This document shows positions 48,220 to 55,981 of a stretch of DNA of 64,000 nt, in pieces. A program made the translations under genes and the position numbers. The notes under the pieces are model-generated. The model was not told the DNA's origin and ran no database searches. It worked only from the letters and a program-made list of their open reading frames with translations. The stretch comes from Patescibacteria group bacterium (GTDB taxonomy: Bacteria > Patescibacteriota > Patescibacteriia > JAQUQO01). Each line of letters opens with the position of its first letter. Position 1 is the stretch's first letter. The DNA is taken from the NCBI GenBank assembly GCA_028716045.1, contig JAQUQO010000001.1, positions 192,942 to 256,941 on the forward strand. Direction: 5' to 3'.

Positions 48220-48294
48220 TCTGGGGTAGTTTAACGGTAAAACGCTGCACTGTTAATGCAGTTAGTGGAGGTTCGACTCCTCCCCCCAGAGCCA
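48220..48294 (+). tRNA. tRNA-Asn(GTT)
   Basis: Acceptor TCTGGGG/CCCCAGA; anticodon arm CTGCA-CTGTTAA-TGCAG; CCA end. Confidence 0.95.
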
Positions 48295-48307
48295 GTTTAT
48301 TTGGTGT

Positions 48308-48316
48308 TGTGGATAA
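48308..48316 (-). promoter_or_regulatory. Perfect DnaA box
   Basis: TGTGGATAA = TTATCCACA on - strand; isolated. Confidence 0.45.
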
Positions 48317-48338
48317 CTTTTTTTATTGACATATTAGC

Positions 48339-48367
48339 TTGACAACTTTACAATTAAGTCATAAACT
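48339..48367 (+). promoter_or_regulatory. sigma70 promoter
   Basis: TTGACA-17-TAAACT. Confidence 0.65.
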
Positions 48368-48423
48368 ATGATTTAAAAATCATAGAGTTCTTTTTAACTT
48401 TCAACTTAGTAAAGGAGGGTGAA

Positions 48424-48831
48424 ATGGCAAAAGAACACCGCGTCAGCAGTGCCGTGCCGTCGTTTGTCTATCTTGCCACAGTTCAGGTTTGTGATGTTGG
48501 TCAAATCATAAACAAAGATAATTTGCGGAAGTTTGTCGATAAGCTTTGCGAAGCGATTGAGATGAGAAAGATGCGCCAGAATCCGATCGTGGACGAGCTT
48601 CCCTCGGAAATTTTCGGGGTGAAGTCATATTCGGTCAGCCAACCGCTTATGACATCAATTCTAAGCTTGGACACTTGGCCGGAGGAAGACAGTTTTGTTT
48701 TACTCATTCATTCCTGCAAAGAGTTTGACCCGCAAATTGTGGCGAATACAATCACCGAATTTTTCAAGGGCGCGAAGATTTTCAAAGAATCTTTCATTGA
48801 CCGCACCCTTAGAAAGAGCGGGTCGCAATGA
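48424..48831 (+). CDS. S-adenosylmethionine decarboxylase-like protein (divergent)
   Basis: QPLMTSILSLDTWPE..IHSCKEFD versus canonical ESH.SIHTWPE..D.FSC; SD AAGGAGG. Confidence 0.7.
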   Translation: MAKEHRVSSAVPSFVYLATVQVCDVGQIINKDNLRKFVDKLCEAIEMRKMRQNPIVDELPSEIFGVKSYSVSQPLMTSILSLDTWPEEDSFVLLIHSCKEFDPQIVANTITEFFKGAKIFKESFIDRTLRKSGSQ

Positions 48832-48976
48832 GACGTAAATTTAAAAAAGACAATGAAGGTTATGGCACTCTTCCGACCCCTGCATAAAAGCTCAACGTAG
48901 CATAGCAGGGGTCTTTTATTTTTTTAAAGAATATGGTAAAATAGGTTAATGAGTTCTTTAAACAAAAGGAGGTAAA

Positions 48977-49192
48977 ATGTTTACATTTTTAATCGTTGTT
49001 TATCTGACAATCGGTTTGGCTGTCGGGTGGGGCTGGTTCCGAAAAAATAAACAGGGATTTGAAAATAATCCCTTGGAAGCAAAAATTTTCATCCCGGTCC
49101 TCGTTGGTCTTATTTGGCCCTTGCCTATGGTAATATGGATTTTCGAATATGGTGATAATTTATTGGCAAAGAAGAATATAACCCCGCCGTAG
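48977..49192 (+). CDS. Small 2-TM membrane protein
   Basis: SD AAGGAGGT; YLTIG..IWPL. Confidence 0.7.
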   Translation: MFTFLIVVYLTIGLAVGWGWFRKNKQGFENNPLEAKIFIPVLVGLIWPLPMVIWIFEYGDNLLAKKNITPP

Positions 49193-49209
49193 TGGGGTTA
49201 TTTTAAATT

Positions 49210-49584
49210 ATGGGAAATGAAACTAAAAAATTTAAAGATATTTTAGAAGAATATGGCTCTGCGGATTTTAGTCAAGAAAAGGAGTTGGGAGAACTGGAAT
49301 ATAGAAAGAATCCGCGTCATTCTTTACATCCACCAATCGGAGCGGAGCTTGACCTCCACGGCCAGCGCGTTCGCGACGCCATTTTGAATCTAAAAATTTT
49401 TATTAAAGATTGCCAAAAGAGGGGAGTATCCAGAGTTTTAATTATCACTGGCAGAGGCGAGGGTATATTGCGGGAGGTTGTCGGAGAAAATTTGGCGGGG
49501 TTAAAAGATGACGGAGAGATTAGGTTATATAAAGCAGTAGTGGATAAATCGGGGGAGGCGGGCCCTTTTGATGTTAAACTTTGA
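49210..49584 (+). CDS. Smr/MutS2 domain protein
   Basis: ELDLHG, LIITGRGEGILR. Confidence 0.9.
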   Translation: MGNETKKFKDILEEYGSADFSQEKELGELEYRKNPRHSLHPPIGAELDLHGQRVRDAILNLKIFIKDCQKRGVSRVLIITGRGEGILREVVGENLAGLKDDGEIRLYKAVVDKSGEAGPFDVKL

Positions 49585-49624
49585 ATTTGCTATAATTAGT
49601 TAAAGTTTAAAAATAATTATTTAT

Positions 49625-50356
49625 ATGAGTAATACCTTGAAGCCGTCGAAAGATAAGCGAGAAATTCTTGAAGAAATAAAAAGATTTCAGGCGCCGATGG
49701 AGCCGTTCACCAGCCAGGCCAGCTGGAAGATTTTTAAAATTATGGCCGAGTTTATTGAGGGGTTTGAATTTTTATCAAAACTAAAAAAAGAGGTGACGTT
49801 CTTCGGTTCGGCCAGAGTGACGGAATTTGATGAGGATTACAAAGACGCCCGCCAGCTGGCCTATAAATTAGGCAAGGCGGGATTCGCGATAATTACTGGC
49901 GGCGGGCCGGGCGTGATGGAAGCGGCTAACAGAGGGGCTTCCGAAGCCGGCGCCAATTCCATAGGCCTGAATATCCAGTTGCCGACAGAGCAGAGAATTA
50001 ATAAATACGTGAAAAGAGGAACAGGTTTTTATTATTTTTTTACCCGCAAAGTAATGCTTTCAATGTCCGCTCGCGCTTACATCTATTTTCCTGGCGGTTT
50101 TGGCACTTTGGATGAATTTTTGGAAATCATCACTTTAATTCAAACAAGAAAAGCGCCGCCGTTGCCAGTGGTGCTGATGGGCAAAGAATATTGGGAACCG
50201 TTTACAAAATTTATTAATGATACGGTTTATAGAAAATTTGGCGCCATAGAGAAAGCGGATATGGACATTTTTTATCTGGCGAAAAATGTTGATGACGCCT
50301 ATCATTATATTTTGAAAAATTCCAAACCAAGAAAGTTTTTTACGACTAGAGATTAA
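49625..50356 (+). CDS. LOG family (TIGR00730) protein
   Basis: FGSAR, TGGGPGVMEAANRGA, PGGFGTLDE. Confidence 0.94.
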   Translation: MSNTLKPSKDKREILEEIKRFQAPMEPFTSQASWKIFKIMAEFIEGFEFLSKLKKEVTFFGSARVTEFDEDYKDARQLAYKLGKAGFAIITGGGPGVMEAANRGASEAGANSIGLNIQLPTEQRINKYVKRGTGFYYFFTRKVMLSMSARAYIYFPGGFGTLDEFLEIITLIQTRKAPPLPVVLMGKEYWEPFTKFINDTVYRKFGAIEKADMDIFYLAKNVDDAYHYILKNSKPRKFFTTRD

Positions 50357-50380
50357 TTTCTTAAAATCGTTTTGTAAAAA

Positions 50381-50408
50381 GTGGGCGAGAATCCGAATTC
50401 TCGCCCAC
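50381..50408. repeat. REP-like palindrome
   Basis: GTGGGCGAGAAT ccga ATTCTCGCCCAC; shares its core with 50992-51025. Confidence 0.7.
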
Positions 50409-50410
50409 GT

Positions 50411-50664
50411 GTTTTTAAAAAAGAAAGCGCCATTTATTGGCGCTATTTAGATACGTTTACTTGGTTTTATGTTTTTGATATTTTTTTATTTGTCATTCTG
50501 AGCGTAATCCCGATTATTCGGGATGAAGCGAAGAATCTATATGCTTATTTTTAGAGATCCTTCGTCGCTCCGCTCCTCAGGATGACAAAGTGGGTTTTTA
50601 AAAAAAGAAAGCGCCGTTTTACTGGCGCTTTTTAGATTGGGTTACTTGGCTTTATTTTTTTTGA
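50411..50664 (-). repeat. ~65-bp imperfect direct repeat (gene 3' end plus terminator) at 50411 and 50594
   Basis: GTTTTTAAAAAA(A)GAAAGCGCC..TGGCGCT.TTTAGAT....TTACTTGG.TTTAT twice. Confidence 0.75.
50489..50589. repeat. GTCATTCTGAG..CTCAGGATGAC inverted-repeat element with a nested hairpin
   Basis: TIR TTTGTCATTCTGAG/CTCAGGATGACAAA; inner CGAAGAATCT/AGATCCTTCG; insert ATCCCGA ttat TCGGGAT. Confidence 0.8.
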
Positions 50665-50851
50665 CTTTGGGCGGTAAAACTTTGGGGCAACCCATTTCTT
50701 CCTGGGTCCATAATTTGTCCCAGGTATTCATAATTGCGTCCCCGTCGGCTTGGTCGGCTTTCGCCATTTCTTCATAAAGCTCCTCGCCTTCTTTTTTGAG
50801 CTCTTTGAGCTCTTTAGAAGTAAACCTTTTCTTTTTTAATTTCTCTGTCAT
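50642..50851 (-). CDS. Small charged hypothetical protein
   Basis: SD AAGGAG, own promoter and terminator. Confidence 0.7.
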   Translation of the reverse strand: MTEKLKKKRFTSKELKELKKEGEELYEEMAKADQADGDAIMNTWDKLWTQEEMGCPKVLPPKVKKNKAK

Positions 50852-50927
50852 GGTATTCTCCTTTGTTAAAAATCATCTTTTTAAACCATGGAGAGAAGTA
50901 TAAAACCGCAAAAACCAAGTATATTTC

Positions 50928-50956
50928 ACAATATCACAAACTTAGAAATTTGTCAA
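50928..50956 (-). promoter_or_regulatory. sigma70 promoter
   Basis: TTGACA-17-TATTGT with TGn on - strand. Confidence 0.65.
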
Positions 50957-50985
50957 GGCCAGTCAGTCGCGACTAACGGGTCAAG
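50954..50985 (-). mobile_element. 24-bp palindrome, copy 7
   Basis: - strand: CTTG ACCCGTTAGTCGCGACTGACTGGC CTTG. Confidence 0.78.
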
Positions 50986-50991
50986 CCCTTG

Positions 50992-51025
50992 TATGAAGGC
51001 GAGAATTCGAATTCTCGCCTTCATA
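50992..51025. repeat. Perfect 34-bp palindrome
   Basis: TATGAAGGCGAGAATTC|GAATTCTCGCCTTCATA. Confidence 0.75.
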
Positions 51026-51078
51026 TTTTGGAACGTTTCCAACCCCAGCCCCTTGTCAGGGGGCCAAAAAGGTCTATC

Positions 51079-52032
51079 TTACCTTGTTTCTTTCAAAATT
51101 TTTTCCAGTTCTTTTAATGTGGATATTTTAACCAATTTTTCTCTTAATTTTTTTGCGCCCAGGACGCCTTTAAAATATTGTACCAAGTGCTTGCGGAAGG
51201 TGAGAATTTTGTCTTGGCCGTAAAATTTTAAGTGGAGTTTGGCGTGTTCTAAAACTATTTTTTTAATTTCTACAGCGGTTATTTTTTGGGGAACGATATT
51301 TTTATTCAGCAAATTTTTGGTTTGCCGGAAAATCCAAGGATTGCCAATGGCGCCGCGGGCAATCATAATGCCGTCACAGCGGGTTTGTTCAAGTGCCCGT
51401 TGGGCGTCTTCAGCGGAGAAGATGTCGCCGTTTAAAATCACGGGGATTGCCAATTGTTTTTTTACTTCACCGATTATTTGCCAATTGGCTTTTCCACTAT
51501 ACCCCTGTTTTTTTGTCCGGCCATGGATAGTAATTAAATCCCCGCCGGCTTTTTCAATTATTTTTGAAAATTCCAAAATTTCTTTTTCGTCGCTCCAGCC
51601 GGTTCTCGTCTTTACTGATACTGGAACACTCACCGTTTTTTTTACTTCCCGAATAATTTCAGCGGCCAGCTTTGGGTCGCGCATGAGCGAAGCGCCGTTA
51701 AAATCAGCAATGATTTTTTTAGCGGGACAGCCCATATTAATGTCAATGCCGTCCGGTCTAAATTTTTTTGCGATGATTTTAGCGGCTCGCGCCATCACTT
51801 GCGGGTCTTTGCCAAAAATTTGCTGGATAATCGGGCGTTCGGATTTTTTGAATTCGCACATTTTTAAAGTTTTTGCCGAGCCGCGGACAATTGCTTCGGC
51901 CGAAACCATTTCGCGAAAAATCACTTCCGCCCCCATTTTTTTACAAATCAAAGAGAATGGCTCGTCGGTAATGTCAGCCATGGGAGCCAGAGCGATAATT
52001 GGTTTTTTTATTTTTCGCCAATCTAAAATCAT
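51079..52032 (-). CDS. dusB: tRNA-dihydrouridine synthase
   Basis: LAPMA, QQIFG, IDINMGCPAKK, TIHGRT, NGDI, IARGAIGNPWIF. Confidence 0.95.
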   Translation of the reverse strand: MILDWRKIKKPIIALAPMADITDEPFSLICKKMGAEVIFREMVSAEAIVRGSAKTLKMCEFKKSERPIIQQIFGKDPQVMARAAKIIAKKFRPDGIDINMGCPAKKIIADFNGASLMRDPKLAAEIIREVKKTVSVPVSVKTRTGWSDEKEILEFSKIIEKAGGDLITIHGRTKKQGYSGKANWQIIGEVKKQLAIPVILNGDIFSAEDAQRALEQTRCDGIMIARGAIGNPWIFRQTKNLLNKNIVPQKITAVEIKKIVLEHAKLHLKFYGQDKILTFRKHLVQYFKGVLGAKKLREKLVKISTLKELEKILKETR

Positions 52033-52160
52033 AGTTTTTATATTATAGTATATTTTTATGTTTATACACAGTTGAGTGCCTGCTAAAAAACTAAAAAAAT
52101 GGTATAATATAAGGGATTTTTAAGAGCGGGCGAATAGGGAAAATTGAGAAAAAACATTTT

Positions 52161-53108
52161 ATGTTTGATAATCTTGGAATTTTTGCTTTAATAGCCGTTT
52201 TATTTTATCTTTTGGGCCGGTCGGCTGATTTAGTCGTGATTAATTTAAGGCGCGTGGGAAAGGGATTAAACGTTTCTTTATTTTTTTTGGGAATTTTTCT
52301 CGGAGTATTTACTACCTTGCCGGAATTTGTTTTGGGTATCAACGCTTTGATAAGCGGGGTGGGGGAAATTTCTTTCGGCAACTTGGTGGGTGGGATTGTT
52401 GTTTTACTTGGTTTAATTTTAGGGGGTAGCGCGATTTTAAACAGGAAGATAGCCGCCAGCGGAGAGCTATCATCTTTTTTGTCAGCTTTAGCGATTCTTT
52501 TTATACCTCTGCTTTTGGGTCTAGATGGCAAAGTGGATTGGGCTGATGGTGTTTTTATGATATTGGCTTATTCCGCGGCAGTATTTTATTTATATTTGAG
52601 AAACAAAAAAAAGGAACCAACATTCCCGTCCGTTGAGATAACCAATACCCGAAAGATAATAAAAAATATTTTTGGCGTCATTATCGGAGTGGCTTTGGTA
52701 GCGATTATCGCCAATTTAATCATGAGATATACTTTTATTGTTTTGGAACGTTTGGATTTGCCGGCATTTTTTGTGGGCCTGTTGGTTTTTTCTTTGGGAA
52801 CAAATTTGCCGGAGATTATCGTTTCTTTAAGGGCTTGGCGGCGACACGTGGAGGAATTGTCGTTAAGTAATATTTTAGGTTCGGCAATCGCCAATGTTCT
52901 TATCATTGGAATTTTATCCGTATTTAAGAATATCGGGGTGTCAGTGAATAGCTCTTATTATTTATTGTTTATAATTTTTGGAGTGTTATTTCTTCTTTTG
53001 GCGATTTTTTACAGAACCGGACGGCAATTGACAAACAGAGAGGGCGCGGTGTTAGTTTTGATTTACGCGGTTTTCGTGATTGCCCAGTCATTTATCTTAG
53101 CAAGATAG
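52161..53108 (+). CDS. Sodium:calcium antiporter (YrbG-like)
   Basis: TTLPE..GNLVGG and GTNLPE..SNILGS alpha repeats. Confidence 0.9.
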   Translation: MFDNLGIFALIAVLFYLLGRSADLVVINLRRVGKGLNVSLFFLGIFLGVFTTLPEFVLGINALISGVGEISFGNLVGGIVVLLGLILGGSAILNRKIAASGELSSFLSALAILFIPLLLGLDGKVDWADGVFMILAYSAAVFYLYLRNKKKEPTFPSVEITNTRKIIKNIFGVIIGVALVAIIANLIMRYTFIVLERLDLPAFFVGLLVFSLGTNLPEIIVSLRAWRRHVEELSLSNILGSAIANVLIIGILSVFKNIGVSVNSSYYLLFIIFGVLFLLLAIFYRTGRQLTNREGAVLVLIYAVFVIAQSFILAR

Positions 53109-53113
53109 AAAGT

Positions 53114-53578
53114 ATGTTTAGAGAGAAGTTTTACGTAATCGCCCACAACATCAGGAGTTTGTATAATGTCGGGACTATTTTTAGGACGGCTGATGCTCTC
53201 GGAATTTCTAAAATTTTTCTCACCGGCTATACCGGCCAGCCGCCGAGAAAAGAAATCAGCAAGGTGGCTTTGGGAGCGGAAAAAACGGTTGCTTGGGAGC
53301 AACAAAAGAGAGTTGGGGTGGTTATAAATAAATTAAAAAAGGAGGGGGTGAAGATAATCGCGCTGGAAACCGGAAGCAAGGCGACGGATTATAAAAAATT
53401 TAAGCCGAAATTTCCCCTAGCCCTTATTCTCGGTAATGAAGTGGCTGGCATTTCCGGTGGTCTTTTGCAAAAAACTGATAAAGTAATATCTTTGCCCATG
53501 GCCGGAGAGAAAGAATCATTAAATGTCGGAGTGGCCATGGGCGCCGCTGGCTATTATCTGAATAATTTTAGAAAATAA
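53114..53578 (+). CDS. TrmH/SpoU RNA methyltransferase
   Basis: NIRSLYNVGTIFRTAD, LGNEVAG, ESLNV. Confidence 0.93.
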   Translation: MFREKFYVIAHNIRSLYNVGTIFRTADALGISKIFLTGYTGQPPRKEISKVALGAEKTVAWEQQKRVGVVINKLKKEGVKIIALETGSKATDYKKFKPKFPLALILGNEVAGISGGLLQKTDKVISLPMAGEKESLNVGVAMGAAGYYLNNFRK

Positions 53579-53587
53579 TTTAAATAT

Positions 53588-54049
53588 ATGCCGGAAAAAA
53601 TTTTAACAAACATCAACTGGGGGCGTTGGCTGATTTCTTCCCTCGTTTTTGCCGTTTTGGCGCAGATTGTTCACACGGTTGGCGCTATGGTCAGTATGAA
53701 GTATTATTTAGACCCGCAGTACTTTGCGGTGTGGAGCAAATTGATGATGCCGGAAGCCGGTCCGCCGCCGACTTCTTTCATGTATTACTCTTTTATTTTT
53801 TCTTTTATCGGGGCGTTGATATTCACCGGGCTTTATATTTTTTTAAGAAATAAAATTTTCGGAGAAGTTTCCAAAACCAAGAGCGGATTATTTTATGGCG
53901 CAATGTATTTTTTGGCGGCAGTTATTCCTTATTCCCTGACAATGGTTCTTCTGATAAATCTGCCAGCGGGTTTACTTATTTGTTGGGCGGCGGAGTCCGT
54001 TATTGTTTATCTTTTAGGCGGGATGTTGGCGGCTGTTATTAATAAATAA
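53588..54049 (+). CDS. 4-TM membrane protein
   Basis: Four hydrophobic segments, operonic. Confidence 0.75.
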   Translation: MPEKILTNINWGRWLISSLVFAVLAQIVHTVGAMVSMKYYLDPQYFAVWSKLMMPEAGPPPTSFMYYSFIFSFIGALIFTGLYIFLRNKIFGEVSKTKSGLFYGAMYFLAAVIPYSLTMVLLINLPAGLLICWAAESVIVYLLGGMLAAVINK

Positions 54050-54054
54050 TTCAT

Positions 54055-54951
54055 ATGCTTTGGCTGTGGACCTCTTTTGTCGGGTATTTTTTTAATGCCG
54101 TTTCGTCTGTTATAAATAAGATACTATTGGGCAGGTCAATGCCTAACCCCCGGATTTACGCTTTTCTAGTGGGCGTTTTAGGGCTCTCGGGGTTTATTTT
54201 AGCTCCCTGGGGTTGGTCTTTGATTTCTGGGTATTGGATGCTTATTTCTTTAGTCACTGGCGCTTGTTTTATAATTGCTTTGTTGCTTTTTTTCACGGCT
54301 TTAAGAAAAGACGAGGCCTCGCAAATGGTGACTTTGGTCGGGGCGACGCAGGCAATAATTATTTTTGTTCTGGCTTTTATCTTTTTAGGGGAGCGCCTTT
54401 CAGGATGGCAGATTGCCGCTTTTTTGTTATTAGTGCTCGGAGGAATTTTTATAAGCATTGACCCTACTGGTCGGGGGAAAAGCGGTCAAAGTGGCGGAGT
54501 TATTTTAGCTTTGTCCGCCGGCATATTTTTCGCCCTGTTTTATATTTTGACTAAATATATATTTAACAATTTGAGTTTTGTGGATGGGTTTATCTGGCCA
54601 CGCCTCGGCTCTTTTATCGCCGCTCTGTTTTTATTGTTTGACGTTGAAACGAGAAAGAATCTTTTTAGCGGCGGCCAGGAGATGACTGCCAAGGTTTATC
54701 TGATTTTTTTAGGCGGGCAAATTTTAGGCGCTTTAAGTTTTGTTTTTATAAATTACGCCATTTCTTTGGCCAGCGTCACTTTGGTTAATGCTTTGCAGGG
54801 GGCGCAATATGCCTTTGTCTTTATTTTGGCGTTGTTGCTGATGTCTCGCTTTACCAATCTTTTGAAAGAGCAAATGGCCCCCCGGGTTATCTTACAGAGA
54901 GTCATTGCCATTGTTATAATAGGCGTAGGAATTGCCATAATAAATTTTTAA
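54055..54951 (+). CDS. EamA/DMT family transporter
   Basis: About 10 TM segments, AFIFLGERL. Confidence 0.85.
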   Translation: MLWLWTSFVGYFFNAVSSVINKILLGRSMPNPRIYAFLVGVLGLSGFILAPWGWSLISGYWMLISLVTGACFIIALLLFFTALRKDEASQMVTLVGATQAIIIFVLAFIFLGERLSGWQIAAFLLLVLGGIFISIDPTGRGKSGQSGGVILALSAGIFFALFYILTKYIFNNLSFVDGFIWPRLGSFIAALFLLFDVETRKNLFSGGQEMTAKVYLIFLGGQILGALSFVFINYAISLASVTLVNALQGAQYAFVFILALLLMSRFTNLLKEQMAPRVILQRVIAIVIIGVGIAIINF

Positions 54952-54954
54952 AAA

Positions 54955-55959
54955 ATGAACAGATTAAAAAATATAATTTTTGGCGTAATTTTCATAATTC
55001 TAGCGGGAGCGGTGGCGGTTTTAGTTTTTCTCTACGCCGTTAGTTTGCCGCTGGAAAAACAACCACTGGAATGGGGAGTTTCTTTTTCTTGGGACTATGC
55101 CAAGTATCTTGGGCTTAATTGGCAGGAGGCCTATTTAGCCGTTTTAGATGATTTAAAAGTAAAGTGGGTAAGGATACCGGTTTATTGGGACGATTTAGAA
55201 TTGAAAGAAGAGAATTTTAATTTTTCCAAGATTGATTGGCAGGTAAGCGAGGCCTCCAAACGGGGAGTGAATATCCAATTGGCTATAGGATTGCGTTTGC
55301 CGCGCTGGCCGGAATGCCGCGCGCCCGGCTGGTGGTGGGGGTTGGGAGAGAAAGAGAGGCAGGATAAAATACTTACAATGTTGAGAGAAATCGTAGAGAG
55401 ATATAAAAGGGAGCCGGCTTTAAAATATTGGCAAGTGGAGAACGAGCCATTTTTAGACGTTTTTGGCGAGTGTCCGCGGCTGGATAAAAAGTTTTTTGAA
55501 GAAGAAGTAAAGTTAGTTAAATCTTTGGATGGAACGAGACCGGTAGTGGTTACTGACAGCGGGGAGTTGTCCAGTTGGCGTAGAATTGCTAAAATATCCG
55601 ATATCTTGGGGGTGAGTATGTATCGGGTGGTTTGGAACAAGAGATTTGGTTATTTTGAGTGGTTTGTGCCCCCTTCTTTTTACCGTATTAAGGCCTATTT
55701 AGTGAGAAATCACGTGCAAAAGGTAATAAACACGGAGTTGCAGTTAGAACCTTGGTTACCTTCGGGTTCGGCGTTAAATACGCCCTTAAGCGAACAAAAA
55801 AAATCAATGAATCTTGAGCAAATGAGGAAGAATGTCCGCTTTGCCGAAGAGGTTGGTTTTTCCCCGACTTTTATTTGGGGGGCGGAATGGTGGTACTGGA
55901 TGAAAAATATAAAAGAAGATGCTTCTTTTTGGGAAGAAGGGCGCCGCCTTTGGCAATAA
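54955..55959 (+). CDS. Clan GH-A glycoside hydrolase
   Basis: VRIPVYW, WQVENEP, TELQLEPW. Confidence 0.82.
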   Translation: MNRLKNIIFGVIFIILAGAVAVLVFLYAVSLPLEKQPLEWGVSFSWDYAKYLGLNWQEAYLAVLDDLKVKWVRIPVYWDDLELKEENFNFSKIDWQVSEASKRGVNIQLAIGLRLPRWPECRAPGWWWGLGEKERQDKILTMLREIVERYKREPALKYWQVENEPFLDVFGECPRLDKKFFEEEVKLVKSLDGTRPVVVTDSGELSSWRRIAKISDILGVSMYRVVWNKRFGYFEWFVPPSFYRIKAYLVRNHVQKVINTELQLEPWLPSGSALNTPLSEQKKSMNLEQMRKNVRFAEEVGFSPTFIWGAEWWYWMKNIKEDASFWEEGRRLWQ

Positions 55960-55981
55960 TTTCAAATTAAATTATAAAAAT

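Noticed and set aside
51239-52048. 269-aa plus-strand ORF
   Set aside because: Antisense shadow of dusB; the other nested antisense ORFs were dismissed likewise.
48308-52070. Replication origin from DnaA boxes at 48308 and 52062
   Set aside because: Single boxes 3.7 kb apart, with no cluster and no dnaA or dnaN.
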